Source of the DNA: Nannocystis bainbridge
GTDB taxonomy: Bacteria; Myxococcota_A; Polyangia; Nannocystales; Nannocystaceae
NCBI RefSeq assembly: GCF_028368995.1
Contig: NZ_JAQNDL010000002.1
Span: 32,001-96,000 of the forward strand
DNA: 64,000 nucleotides
Reading direction: 5' to 3'
Position numbers and translations under genes: made by a program
The notes under the pieces: generated by a model
What the model was told of the DNA's origin: nothing
What the model saw: the letters and a program-made list of their open reading frames with translations, nothing else
Databases searched by the model: none
Part shown: piece by piece, positions 27,796 to 37,958 of the stretch
Layout: each line of letters opens with the position of its first letter
Numbering within the stretch: the stretch's first letter is position 1

Positions 27796-29334
27796 TCACT
27801 CGCCGTCGAGCAGGGCGCGGAGCTCGGGGTCGTCGCGGGCGACCGGGCGGATCAATTGGTCGAGACGCTCGCGTTGCCACCAGTCGGCGCTGCCGCGCGG
27901 GGCGAACCAGTAGCGGTAGACCTCGACGCGGACGAACCGCGGGGAACCGCCGGCGAACTGCGGGGGATCGGCGAACAGGCTCAGGACGGTCGGCTCGCCG
28001 GCGAGCAGGCGATCGAGGAGGTTGAACAGCCAGGTCTCGCGCGCGAGGGTGCCGTTGCCGGCGACGTCGAGCGCGGCGAACCACATGAGCCAGTCGAGGC
28101 GGCGATGGTACGGGGAGATCCAGCACGGCCGCCGATCGACGGGGCCGGGCTTGCACGGGAGTTGATAGGGGCGCCAGGTGGCGGTGTCGTCGGGGACGGC
28201 GGCGTCGGTGCCTTCGATCTGCAGCTCGTGGCGGACGGTGCTGATGCTGCCGAAGGCGCCGTAGGTGTTGACGAGATGCAGGCGATCGAAGGATGCGTTC
28301 ATCTGCTGGCGCCGGCCGGCGAGGTTGGCGACGACGTCGAGGCTGAGCCAGGCGACGACGAGGGCGTAACTGGCGGCGGTGACGACGGCGGCGCGGGTGG
28401 GGCGAGCTTCGAGATCGCCGAGGCGCGCGCGCAGGCGGGCGGGGACGAGGCGGCGCAGGGTGGCGTCGTCGAGGCAAGCGAGCAGCGGGACGAGGGTGAG
28501 CCAGTTGAGGAAGGAGAGGTTGCCGCTGACGATGAGGGTCAGCTGAAAGGCGATCATGCCGAGCGCGGCGAGCAGCCGCAGGCGTCGCGGGCCGAACACG
28601 AACCACGGCAGCACGAGCTCGGCGAGGTGGTTGAAGACGACGCCGGCGCGCAGGACCACGGGCGGCAGGTGGTGGAGGTAGAAGCTGAGAGGGTTCGGGA
28701 TCGGCTGGGTCTCGAAGTGGCTCTCGAGACAGGTGAGCTCGGCCCAGCACGGGTCGCCGCGCAGCTTGATGAGGCCGGAGCCGAGCATGATGCGGAAGGC
28801 GAGCCAGCGCAGCAGGACGATGGCGAGGTAAGCAGGCGGGCGATCGCCGGCGAGCGGCCGCACGCGCCAGAGCGGGCCCAGGAGGGCGCACAGCAGCGTC
28901 GTCTCGAGCAGCTGGATCTCCCAGCCGAAGGCGTACCAGCGGCCGCCGACGTGGACGATCGAGAGGTACAGGGCCCACAGGACGAGCAGGAGGATCGCGC
29001 TCTCGCAGCCGAGCAGCAGGAGGATCGAGAGCACGAGGCCGACGACGCTGACGGCCTGCAGGGCGGCGTCGGAGATGTCGAAGTAGAACAGGGTCGGGCG
29101 GGCGAAGAAGTCGTCGACGGGGCCCGCCGGGGTGATGCCGGCGGCGCCGACGAGCGGGACGAGCTGGGTGACGGCGGTGGCGAACGCGGCGACGAACACG
29201 AGGCCGAGCAGGCGCAGGACGACGAAGCGGGTCAGGACGTAGTTGCCCTCGCTACGCGGGCCGGAGACGAGCCGGCGAAGCCGCGAGACGAGGCGCTGCC
29301 CCGGTGTCTCGAGCTCACGCGGATCGGGCTCCAT
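27796..29334 (-). CDS. Lipase maturation factor (LMF1) family membrane protein
   Basis: WYAFGWEIQLLE, RIMLGSGLIKLRGDPCW, HFETQPIPNP, GNLSFLNWLT, NTYGAFGS, CKPG and PYHRRLDWLMWF. Confidence 0.9.
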   Translation of the reverse strand: MEPDPRELETPGQRLVSRLRRLVSGPRSEGNYVLTRFVVLRLLGLVFVAAFATAVTQLVPLVGAAGITPAGPVDDFFARPTLFYFDISDAALQAVSVVGLVLSILLLLGCESAILLLVLWALYLSIVHVGGRWYAFGWEIQLLETTLLCALLGPLWRVRPLAGDRPPAYLAIVLLRWLAFRIMLGSGLIKLRGDPCWAELTCLESHFETQPIPNPLSFYLHHLPPVVLRAGVVFNHLAELVLPWFVFGPRRLRLLAALGMIAFQLTLIVSGNLSFLNWLTLVPLLACLDDATLRRLVPARLRARLGDLEARPTRAAVVTAASYALVVAWLSLDVVANLAGRRQQMNASFDRLHLVNTYGAFGSISTVRHELQIEGTDAAVPDDTATWRPYQLPCKPGPVDRRPCWISPYHRRLDWLMWFAALDVAGNGTLARETWLFNLLDRLLAGEPTVLSLFADPPQFAGGSPRFVRVEVYRYWFAPRGSADWWQRERLDQLIRPVARDDPELRALLDGE

Positions 29335-29596
29335 CGCTCGCGCAGGCTAGCGCAGTTGCTTCGACGCGCGTGGACGGGGCGGTCGCGCGGGGCGAGGGTC
29401 GGCCGCGCGTGGGCCGGGGCGCTCGCTCGCTGACGACGAGGCGCAGGGACCGCGAGGCGGGTCGACGAGCGTGCGGGCGCCGGGGAATGATATGTCCGAA
29501 GAGACAGGTAACGCATCCACCGGGGCGGCTCCGCGCGTGCAGACCGATGGCCAAGCGCGGGGGCTTGGGCGTAGGCTGCGAGCAGCGAGGGGACGA

Positions 29597-30343
29597 ATGA
29601 GACTGAAGGACAAGATCGCGGTCATCACGGGCGGCAACAGCGGGATCGGGCTGGCGATCGCCAAGGCGTTCGTGCGCGAGGGGGCGAAGGTGGCGATCGC
29701 GGGGCGCAGCGCGTCGTCGCTGCACGCGGCCCAGCAGGAGCTCGGCGCCGATGCGCTGGCGGTCGAGGCCGACGTGACCCGCGTCGCCGACCTCGAGCGG
29801 CTGTACGCCGCGGTGAAGGAGAAGTTCGGCCGCGTCGACGTCGTGGTCGCCAACGCCGGCCGCAGCGTGATGGGCCCGGTCGACGCGATCGACGAGGCGT
29901 CGTTCGACATGTTGCTCGACACCAACATCAAGGGCGTGTTCTTCACGGTGCAGAAGGCGCTGCCGCTGATGACGGCCGGCGGCTCGGTGGTCCTGATCGC
30001 GTCGGGGCTGCACCAGAAGGCGACGCCGTACATGTCCGTGTACGGGGCGACCAAGGCGGCGGTGCGACAGTTCGCCCGCACCTTCGCGGTCGAGCTGGCG
30101 CCGCGGAAGATCCGCGTCAACGCGCTCAGCCCCGGCCTCACCGAGACGCCGATCCTCGTCAACATGGGCCTCGACGAGGCCACCATCGCCCACGTCAAGG
30201 CCTCGACCCACGGCGCCTCGCCGCTCGGCCGCAGCGGTACGCCCGAGGAGATCGCCAACGCGGCGGTGTTCCTCGCGTCCGACGAGTCGTCGTTCATGAC
30301 CGCGTCCGACGTGGTGGCCGACGGCGGCTACTCGATGGTGTAG
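29597..30343 (+). CDS. Short-chain dehydrogenase/reductase
   Basis: TGGNSGIG, ANAG, YGATK, IRVNALSPG and DGG. Confidence 0.9.
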   Translation: MRLKDKIAVITGGNSGIGLAIAKAFVREGAKVAIAGRSASSLHAAQQELGADALAVEADVTRVADLERLYAAVKEKFGRVDVVVANAGRSVMGPVDAIDEASFDMLLDTNIKGVFFTVQKALPLMTAGGSVVLIASGLHQKATPYMSVYGATKAAVRQFARTFAVELAPRKIRVNALSPGLTETPILVNMGLDEATIAHVKASTHGASPLGRSGTPEEIANAAVFLASDESSFMTASDVVADGGYSMV

Positions 30344-30353
30344 TCGAAGGCGT

Positions 30354-30408
30354 GTCTGCCTGGCCTAACGGTCAGGCGGCCATTTACCTGGCCTTCGGGT
30401 CAGGTTGA
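30354..30408. repeat. 14-bp-phased variant array of two tandem CCTGGCC-N4-GGTCAGG hairpins between convergent genes
   Basis: Cores CCTG at 30359, CAGG at 30373, CCTG at 30387 and CAGG at 30401. Confidence 0.7.
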
Positions 30409-30472
30409 CGCTGTCGCTTCGCCGTCCGGGAGGTCGAGCGCCGCGTCGGGCCGCATGCCCGGCCACACTGAC

Positions 30473-30853
30473 TCAAGCGAGGCCGAGGATCGCCGTGAGG
30501 CGGGCGATGAGCTGCTCCTCGGTCACGGTGATCTTGCCGTCGGCGCGGGCGAGCTCGATGAGGTTGACCAGCACGGCGCTGCGCTGCTTCTCGCTCATCT
30601 GCTCCTTCATGAGGTGGGCGTAGGTCTCGACCTGCGCCAGCCGCTCCTCGTCGCTGCCGATGCCGTTGACCCACGCGGCGGTCTCGACGAGCACGTGCGA
30701 GATCTGCTCGTTGGTGGCGTCGGGCAGCCAGCCGTGCAGCACCCGCGCGATGGTGTCGATCTCTTCGTGGCTCAGCTCGCCGTCGGTGACGTGGCTGAAG
30801 GTGAGGTACACGAAGGCGAGGATGTGCAGGGCGGACGGGTTCTGCGGCTTCAT
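30473..30853 (-). CDS. TerB-family (tellurite-resistance-like) protein
   Basis: TDGELSHEEIDTI and LARADGKITVTEEQLIARL. Confidence 0.75.
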   Translation of the reverse strand: MKPQNPSALHILAFVYLTFSHVTDGELSHEEIDTIARVLHGWLPDATNEQISHVLVETAAWVNGIGSDEERLAQVETYAHLMKEQMSEKQRSAVLVNLIELARADGKITVTEEQLIARLTAILGLA

Positions 30854-30921
30854 CGTCGCCGACGATACCGCAAGCGTTGTCGGATGACCGGGGCCTGCGC
30901 GGCGCGAAGATGCGCGCCGGC

Positions 30922-31533
30922 TCAGTGGTGATGGTGGCCGAACACTTCGGCGCCGCCGTCGTGGGCGCCCGGCGCGAGCTCCATCGGCCGGTTGTTGCTG
31001 CGCGCGAACTGGACCGCCTCGCGCAGGCGCTCGAACAGGTACCGGTGGTTGGGCAGGCCGTAGAGGAGCAGGCTCGGGTGGGTCTGGTCGGTGCCGATCA
31101 GGGTGATCTTGGCGTTGTCGAAGATCCGGTCGAGTACGCTTTGCTCGTAGCGGACGTCGAGCACGCGCCACAGCTCGAGCGAGTCGAGCCGGCGGGTGAT
31201 GACGCCCTTCTGGAACTCGACCCGGCGGCGCGAGATCTTGTAGCGGGTGGTGATGTGCTGCAGGTACGCCCACAGCAGCATCGGCGTGCCGATCAGCGCC
31301 AGCAGCCACATCGGCTTGTCCTTCAGGGCCTCGATCTGCAGCAAGCCGAAGGCGATGCCGCCGCCGAGGATGCAGACGCCCACCCACCACATATAGGTGC
31401 CGAAGTTGGCGCTGTGCTTGGCGATGCCCTCGAAGAAGAGCTCGTCGGTGGCCTGCGCCGGCGAGGAGCCGAGCGGCGGCTGCGCTTGCGGAGGCACGCC
31501 AGGGGGGGGAGGGTTGGCCTGGGGCTCTTGCAT
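30922..31533 (-). CDS. Membrane protein with bacterial PH (bPH_2) domain
   Basis: Two TM helices, then TTRYKIS.RRV...GV...L.RV.DV.YEQS..DRIF. Confidence 0.75.
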   Translation of the reverse strand: MQEPQANPPPPGVPPQAQPPLGSSPAQATDELFFEGIAKHSANFGTYMWWVGVCILGGGIAFGLLQIEALKDKPMWLLALIGTPMLLWAYLQHITTRYKISRRRVEFQKGVITRRLDSLELWRVLDVRYEQSVLDRIFDNAKITLIGTDQTHPSLLLYGLPNHRYLFERLREAVQFARSNNRPMELAPGAHDGGAEVFGHHHH

Positions 31534-31591
31534 GCGCCAAGGGTTGCACGACGACCGGGGCCGGCGCAATCGCCCGCGCCCGGCCGCCCGC

Positions 31592-32134
31592 TCAGCTGGT
31601 CTTCGGGGCAGGTTCGAGGTCGAGCGTGGGGTCGAACCGGCGCCCGTCGGCGAGGGTCACGGGCGTGGCGCCGTGGGCGACGCCGTGCTCGCGCAGGGTG
31701 TCGTCGACGAGCTGCGCGACCTGGCCGACCAGGGCGGTGCAAAAGGCGTGGCGAGCGGGGCCGAGGAACTCGCCGTGCGGGGCGGTGAGGTGGTTGCACA
31801 CGAGGTCGGGGCTGCTGCCGCGATCGAGCTCGGCCTCGACGCGGGCGAGGTAGCGGCTCATGGCGGCCCGCAAAGCCGGCGTAACCTTGCCGGTCGGGTC
31901 GGGGTCGCCGAGGAATTCGCCGAGCAGCAGTTGACCGGCCACGACCGCACCGCAGGTGCCCTGGCCGGTGATCCCGCCGCGGCGCAGCGATTGATAGGCA
32001 GCAGGCGGGCGGTCGAAGGCCTCGGCGAGGGCGATCCCGCAGGAGCGGTGGGCGGTGAGCACGCCTTCGTAAAGGACGAGGGCCTTGCTGCGAATGGGGC
32101 CGCGAATGGGGCCGCGAGGAGTGCTGCCGCTCAT
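31592..32134 (-). CDS. C_GCAxxG_C_C-family putative redox protein
   Basis: RSCG, GGITGQGTCGAVVAG, LVC and FC pattern. Confidence 0.65.
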   Translation of the reverse strand: MSGSTPRGPIRGPIRSKALVLYEGVLTAHRSCGIALAEAFDRPPAAYQSLRRGGITGQGTCGAVVAGQLLLGEFLGDPDPTGKVTPALRAAMSRYLARVEAELDRGSSPDLVCNHLTAPHGEFLGPARHAFCTALVGQVAQLVDDTLREHGVAHGATPVTLADGRRFDPTLDLEPAPKTS

Positions 32135-32209
32135 GAACCCCAGGATGCGCGCCGGGGCGGACGCGGGCAAGCGGTCGCGTCGGCGCGGAGGATGGATTAG
32201 CTTGCTGCC

Positions 32210-33394
32210 ATGTCCTGGACCGACCCGCGCGCCGAGATCGAGGCGCTGACCGAGCGTCTGCGAGAGATCCGCCACGACCTCCATCGCCATCCGGAGCTCG
32301 GCTTCGAGGAGGTTCGCACGCAAGCGCTGGTCCGCGCGTGGCTCGAGGAGCGCGGGTATCAGCCGCGCAATTGCGCGGAGACGGGGCTCGTCGCCGACCT
32401 GCACCCGGGCGCGCAAGGACCGACGATCGCGCTGCGCGCCGACCTCGATTGCCTGCCGATGCTCGAGACCACCGACCTGCCGCATCGCTCGCTGCATTCA
32501 GGGCGCGCGCACAAGTGCGGGCACGACGGGCACACGGCGATCCTGCTCGGGGTGGCCGACATCCTCGCGCGTCACCGCGAGTCGGTGGGCGGCAACATCC
32601 GCCTGCTCTTTCAGCCAGCCGAGGAGGGGGTCCGCGGCGGCGGGGCCAAGGTGATGGTGGCAGAGGGCGCGCTGGCCGGGGTGCGCGAGATCTACGGGCT
32701 CCACAACTGGCCGGCGTACCCCAAGGGCGAGCTGCGGGTGCAGGCCGGGCCGATGATGGCGCAGGTCCACATGCTGGCGCTCACGATCCGCGGCAAGGGC
32801 GGGCACGGCAGTCAGCCGCAATTGTGTCGCGACCCGATCGTGGCCGGCGCTCACCTGGTGACGGCGCTGCAGACGGTGGTCTCGCGCGGGCTCGGCTACG
32901 TCGGCGGGGCGGTGGTGTCGATCACCCAATTCTCGGCGGGCACGACGCACAACGTGATCCCCGACGTCGCGCGGCTGCAAGGCACGATTCGCACGTTCGA
33001 GCCGAGCATCACCGAGCGGGTGCTGGAGCGCGTGCGCGAGGTGGTGAGCGGCACGGCGGCGACGTTCGCGGTCGACATCGAACTCGAGGTCGAGGTCGGC
33101 TACCCGGTGACGATGAACGAGGCGAATTGCGCAGAGGCGGTGGCCCGCGTCGGCGCCGCCGTGCTCGGCCGCGAACGGGTGTCGAACGCGGGCCTGCCGC
33201 TGGCGGGCGGGGAGGACTTCGCCTACTTCGCGCAGGCCGTGCCGGCGGCGTACTTCTTCCTCGGGGCCCGCCGCGGCGACGAAGACACGCCAGTCTGCCA
33301 CCACCCCGACTTCGATTTCGACGACGACCTGATCCCGACGGGCGTGGCGATGTTCCTCGGCATCGTCCGCGATCGCCTCGCGGCGCTGGCATGA
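32210..33394 (+). CDS. M20D-family amidohydrolase
   Basis: HRHPELGFEE, LRADLDCLP, HKCGHDGH, FQPAEEG, GKGGHG, GEDF and HHPDFDFD. Confidence 0.9.
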   Translation: MSWTDPRAEIEALTERLREIRHDLHRHPELGFEEVRTQALVRAWLEERGYQPRNCAETGLVADLHPGAQGPTIALRADLDCLPMLETTDLPHRSLHSGRAHKCGHDGHTAILLGVADILARHRESVGGNIRLLFQPAEEGVRGGGAKVMVAEGALAGVREIYGLHNWPAYPKGELRVQAGPMMAQVHMLALTIRGKGGHGSQPQLCRDPIVAGAHLVTALQTVVSRGLGYVGGAVVSITQFSAGTTHNVIPDVARLQGTIRTFEPSITERVLERVREVVSGTAATFAVDIELEVEVGYPVTMNEANCAEAVARVGAAVLGRERVSNAGLPLAGGEDFAYFAQAVPAAYFFLGARRGDEDTPVCHHPDFDFDDDLIPTGVAMFLGIVRDRLAALA

Positions 33395-34206
33395 CGGGGC
33401 GCCCGATCGCCATCGTGACAGGAGCGTCGGCGGGGCTCGGCGAGGCGTTCGCGCGGGCGATCGCAGCGCACCCGGCGTTCGCCGACCTGGCGCAGATCTG
33501 GCTGGTCGCACGCCGCGAGCAGCGCCTGCACGCGATCGCGCGCGAGCTGCCGCGCGGGCTCGGGGTGCCGCTCACGGCCGACCTGGCGGCGCCGGGCGGC
33601 GTCGAGGCCGTGCTCGCGCGGGTGCGTGACGAACGACCTGCGGTGCGCCTGTTCGTGGCCAGCGCCGGTGTCGGTCACCTCGGGCCATTCGCCGACCAGG
33701 ACGCCGAGTCGCTGGCGCGTTTGCTCGACCTGAACATTCGCGCACTTTCCTTGCTGACACACGGGCTTTTGCCGTCGATGTCGCGCGGCTCGAAAGTGGT
33801 GCTGGTGGCATCGGCGGCGGGGTATGTGCCTTCGCCCTATTTCACCGCCTATGCAGCCAGCAAGAGCTTCGTGATCTCGCTGGCGTATGCGCTGCGGGAG
33901 GAGCTGCGACCGCGTGGCATCGACGTGTGCGCGGTGTGTCCAGGGCCGGTGGCGACCGAGTTCTTCGCGGCCGCCGGCGTGCATGGGCCGATCTCCGGCG
34001 CCGCGGATCCCGAGCGGGTGGTGGCCCTAGCGCTGCGCGACGCCTTGCGAGGAAGGGCCGTATCGCACGACGGCGTGGCCTCGGCTGCGGTGGCGCTGCT
34101 CGCCCGCGTGTTGCCACGGCGGACGCTCGCCTGGCTCGCCGGGCGCCGCAATGTGCGACGTTCTCCCGTCGCTGGTGCCACCGGCGGCGGATCCGAGAGC
34201 GCGTAA
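33391..34206 (+). CDS. Short-chain dehydrogenase/reductase
   Basis: TGASAGLG, YAASK and VCPGPVATEF; ATGA overlap with the upstream gene. Confidence 0.85.
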   Translation: MTGRPIAIVTGASAGLGEAFARAIAAHPAFADLAQIWLVARREQRLHAIARELPRGLGVPLTADLAAPGGVEAVLARVRDERPAVRLFVASAGVGHLGPFADQDAESLARLLDLNIRALSLLTHGLLPSMSRGSKVVLVASAAGYVPSPYFTAYAASKSFVISLAYALREELRPRGIDVCAVCPGPVATEFFAAAGVHGPISGAADPERVVALALRDALRGRAVSHDGVASAAVALLARVLPRRTLAWLAGRRNVRRSPVAGATGGGSESA

Positions 34207-34306
34207 AATCCGGGGTCGGGCGAGAAAGCGAGCGGGCGAAAACCCCAGGATTGCCAAGCGCGAGGCCCCGTGCAAAAACCATATCCCCGAGGCCCTTCGG
34301 GCCTTC

Positions 34307-35671
34307 ATGTCTAACTTTCCCATGTCTTCTCTCCCCCAACTCGACGCGATCGCGACCCTGCTGAACCAGGGCGCCGCGGATTCGGCAGTCCGCTTGTTGC
34401 GAAGCTGTTGGGAGCCCGACCTCCCGCCGGACGACCTCGTGCGGATGTATTGCATGTGGGTCCGCGGGCTGTGCGAGACCGGTGAACTCGACCACGCGCT
34501 GACGCTCGCGCGACGGGCCGCCAACGAGTTCCCGCGCGAGGCCGATGTCCTGATCGCGCTCGGCAACGTGCAAGATTTGGTCGGCGATCTCGAGAAGGCC
34601 CGCGAGGCGTTCGAGGCGGCGATCGACAACGACCCGATCGGCGGCCTGCAGCACTACAACCTCGGCGCGGTGCTCGAGCGGCTCGGGCGCGAGATGGACG
34701 CCGAGGTCTGTTATCGCCGGGCCAACGAGTGCGACCCGCACGGCGGGATGTTCGAGGCGATCGCGGCGCTGGGGGCTCTGCTGCGCCGCCAGGGCCGGCT
34801 CGAAGAGGCCGAACAGATCTACGACCTGTACCTCAGCGACGATTCGATCAACGTCGAGATCCTGGTCGAGCACGGCATCTGTCTGTCCGACCTCGACCGC
34901 CTCGACGAGGCGATCGATCGCTTCGACTTCGCGCTCAGCCTCGACCCCGAGAACGCCGGGGCGCAGTACAACAAGGCGATCACGCTGTACCGCCTGGGCC
35001 GCTACGAGCAGGCCCTGGGCGCGCTCGAGCGGGCGCGTCAGCTCGACAAGGGCAACGCGCTGACGCTGGCGGTGCTCGGCGGGTGGCGGCTGTCGGCGGC
35101 CGACTGCGACCTCGACGAGGCGCTCGGGCTGCTGTACGGCGCGCTCGAGCTGCTCGAGCGGCGCTACGCGCAGGACCCGGGCCAGCTCGGCTACTGCAGC
35201 CTGGTGGCCGAGGAGATCTTCGAGGCGCTGTGGCAGAACGGGCGCCAGGGCGAGGCGCGCGAGGTGGCGCGGCTGGCCGGTCAGCGCGAGTGGATCACGC
35301 CGCACATCCTCGATTGCCTCAACGAGGCCGACCACGGGCGCTCGCCGCAGGTCAGCATGTACACGGTGGTCGCGCGCGCGGAGGCCGGCGAGCGGCCCGA
35401 GCACTGGCCCGAGAACACCGACGGCTACACCACGGGCCTGACGGTGCTGGCGACCGACGAGAACGAGGCGCGCGAGTTCTGCCTGCAATACCTGCGGTCG
35501 ATCGAGCCCTCGCCCAGCATTCGCTTCACCCTCGACGTCGTCCCCCCGCAGTCGCCGACCGATCCGAGCCCGACGCTCGAGATGATGGCCGAGCTGCGCG
35601 GGGCGATGCAGCCGCGGCCGCGCGGCGTCGCGCGAGTCCACGGCCAGCGGGCCTATACGTTCCGGACTTGA
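34307..35671 (+). CDS. Tetratricopeptide-repeat protein
   Basis: Several TPR-like repeats (HYNLGAVLERLGR, AQYNKAITLYRLGRYEQAL). Confidence 0.8.
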   Translation: MSNFPMSSLPQLDAIATLLNQGAADSAVRLLRSCWEPDLPPDDLVRMYCMWVRGLCETGELDHALTLARRAANEFPREADVLIALGNVQDLVGDLEKAREAFEAAIDNDPIGGLQHYNLGAVLERLGREMDAEVCYRRANECDPHGGMFEAIAALGALLRRQGRLEEAEQIYDLYLSDDSINVEILVEHGICLSDLDRLDEAIDRFDFALSLDPENAGAQYNKAITLYRLGRYEQALGALERARQLDKGNALTLAVLGGWRLSAADCDLDEALGLLYGALELLERRYAQDPGQLGYCSLVAEEIFEALWQNGRQGEAREVARLAGQREWITPHILDCLNEADHGRSPQVSMYTVVARAEAGERPEHWPENTDGYTTGLTVLATDENEAREFCLQYLRSIEPSPSIRFTLDVVPPQSPTDPSPTLEMMAELRGAMQPRPRGVARVHGQRAYTFRT

Positions 35672-35817
35672 GCCGGCCTGAGCCGCAGTCGGCTTCGCTT
35701 ATCGGCGTTCACACGGTCTTCGCATCGGGCAGGGCCGGCGGACGCTGGCGCGGGGGACACCCCTGTGCGACGCTGTCGCGGTCGACTGCTTTGATTTACG
35801 AGATGCGGAGATTGGCG

Positions 35818-37623
35818 ATGCGAAATTCACTACTGCTGACGGCGGCGCTCGGCGCTGCGTGGACCCTGGCGACGCCGCAGACGGCCGAGGCCTGTGGCGG
35901 CGTGTTCTGCGACGGCGGGCTGCCGAACTCGATGCCCGTCAACCAGGACGGCGAGAACGTGCTGTTCGTGCTCGACCAGAACGAGGTCGAGGTCCACATC
36001 CAGATCAGCATCGATCCCAACACCAACGCGCAGAAGTTCGCGTGGCTGATCCCGATCGCCCAGATCCCCGAGTTCGAGGTCGGCTCGCAGCCCTTGTTCG
36101 ACGCGCTGCTGAACTCGTCGGTGCCGACCTACCAGGTCCAGCAGACCTTCGAGGTGTGCGGCGAGGACGGCATCTCCGGCGGCATCACGACCAACGCGAC
36201 CGGCACCGGCGCGCCCGGTGACTCGGCCGGCGGTAGTACCAGCGGCGACGATTCGGACGGCGGCGAGGACCCGGTGCTGTTCAAGACCACCGCCGGCGCG
36301 TTCGAGATCGTGGTCCTGCAGGACAAGCAGATCGGGCCGATCAAGGACTGGCTGGTCAACAACGATTACCAGTGGATCGACGGCTCGGAGACGGTGCTGC
36401 AGCAGTACCTCGACGAGGGCCAGGTGATCGTCGCGCTCAAGCTGGCGGCCGGGTCCGACGGCGGTGACGTGCACCCGATCGTGCTGCGCTACCCGTCGAA
36501 CGAGAACTGCTTCCCGCTGCGGCTGACGCGGTTCGCGTCGATCGAGAACATGGACATCCGCGTGTTCGTGCTCGGCGACAAGCGGGCGGCGCCGACCAAC
36601 TACCGCCACGTCCTCGTCAACCCGCTGAAGATCGACTGGCTGTCGTTCGCGACCAACTACAAGGAGGTCATCACCAAGGCGGTCGACGACCTCGAGGCCG
36701 ACGGGCTGGCGTTCGTGACCGAGTTCGCCGGGGCGTCGAGCGTGGTCCAGCCGTTCGCGTTCAACTTCTACAGCACGTCGTGGAACGAGGCGGCGTTCAT
36801 CGGCATCCCGCCCGAGCAGGTGGTCCAGGTGCTGAACGAGCAGGGGCTGACGCAGTGCTTCGACCCCGAGTTCTGCTTCTACAACCACCCGCTGGTCGAG
36901 AGCCTGCTGAACGATTTCCTGCCGGTGCCCGACGGCCTGACGGCGGAGGAGTTCTACTGGAACCTGCCCGCCTACGTCGACCAGATCGACGCGATGGCGT
37001 GGGGCGACGGCAGCGCGTTCGCGCAGGCGCTCGACAGCCGGATCATCGCGCCGGGCGAGCACGCGCAGGAGCTGATCGACACGTATCCGTACCTGACGCG
37101 CATGTACACGGTGATCTCGCCCAACGAGATGATCGCGGACCCGATCTTCCACATCAACCCGGACCTGCCCGACGTGGCGAGCTTCCGCTCGGCGACCGAG
37201 TACAACCTGTGCGACGGCAACAGCGTGGTGACGCTGCCCGACGAGCGCGAGATCTTCGTGCCGAACGGCGGGCCGTGGCCGGAGTTCATCGGCGAGATGT
37301 GGTGGGCCGAGGAGGTCCAGCAGGTCGCCCTCAAGGGCAAGCCGATGCACCTCGTCAACAACACCGCGGCGATCAACAAGAAGATCGAGGAGTGGAACCT
37401 GGCCCACGGTTGGCCGCGCTTCCCCGACGCGCCGACGACCAGCGCCAGCGACACGGACACCGACGGCTCGGGCTCGAGCGGCGGGCCCGACTCTGCCACC
37501 GGCGGGGGACAGAACGACAGCAGCGGCTGCGGCTGCCGCAGCGACGGGACCCCGGGCGCCGGGATGCTGGCGCTCGTGGGGCTGGGGCTGCTGGCGCAGC
37601 GGCGCCGGCGAACCCGCGGCTGA
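35818..37623 (+). CDS. DUF2330-family protein with MYXO-CTERM tail
   Basis: AEACGGVFC, VNQDGENVLF, FAWLIP, YLTRMYT, ADPIF; C-terminal GCGCRSDG...LVGLGLLAQRRRR. Confidence 0.8.
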   Translation: MRNSLLLTAALGAAWTLATPQTAEACGGVFCDGGLPNSMPVNQDGENVLFVLDQNEVEVHIQISIDPNTNAQKFAWLIPIAQIPEFEVGSQPLFDALLNSSVPTYQVQQTFEVCGEDGISGGITTNATGTGAPGDSAGGSTSGDDSDGGEDPVLFKTTAGAFEIVVLQDKQIGPIKDWLVNNDYQWIDGSETVLQQYLDEGQVIVALKLAAGSDGGDVHPIVLRYPSNENCFPLRLTRFASIENMDIRVFVLGDKRAAPTNYRHVLVNPLKIDWLSFATNYKEVITKAVDDLEADGLAFVTEFAGASSVVQPFAFNFYSTSWNEAAFIGIPPEQVVQVLNEQGLTQCFDPEFCFYNHPLVESLLNDFLPVPDGLTAEEFYWNLPAYVDQIDAMAWGDGSAFAQALDSRIIAPGEHAQELIDTYPYLTRMYTVISPNEMIADPIFHINPDLPDVASFRSATEYNLCDGNSVVTLPDEREIFVPNGGPWPEFIGEMWWAEEVQQVALKGKPMHLVNNTAAINKKIEEWNLAHGWPRFPDAPTTSASDTDTDGSGSSGGPDSATGGGQNDSSGCGCRSDGTPGAGMLALVGLGLLAQRRRRTRG

Positions 37624-37711
37624 GATCGATGACCGCGCAGGGCCGCCCTCGAAGCGGTCCTGCGCACGGTTCAGGCATGGCGGGCTCGTGAGACGTGGCC
37701 TTCAGTGAATC

Positions 37712-37840
37712 GCCGCGAACAAGGACCGACGCGCTGGGCCCTGACGGCCGCGCCGAACCCGTGACCCGGCGCCTCGGGCCGCGAAGAAGGGTCGACGCGC
37801 AGGGCCCCTGGCGACCGCGCCGAACCGTGACCGACACCTC
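37712..37840. repeat. Imperfect tandem duplication of about 65 bp
   Basis: GCCGCGAACAAGGACCGACGCGCTGGGCCC...GAACCCGTGACC at 37712 versus GCCGCGAAGAAGGGTCGACGCGCAGGGCCC...GAACCGTGACC at 37778. Confidence 0.7.
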
Positions 37841-37876
37841 ACGGCGGGTCCTTCGGCGAGCCGCCTGCCTGGCGCC

Positions 37877-37958
37877 TGGGGCATGTCCGTACGGACATGC
37901 CTTTTAGAGCATGTCTCTCCGGGCATGTCCGCGGGGACATGCCCCGGAGGTCAGCCGA
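37877..37958. repeat. 14-bp-phased CATG palindrome array between convergent genes
   Basis: CATG at 37882, 37896, 37910, 37924 and 37938; CAGC at 37952. Confidence 0.85.
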
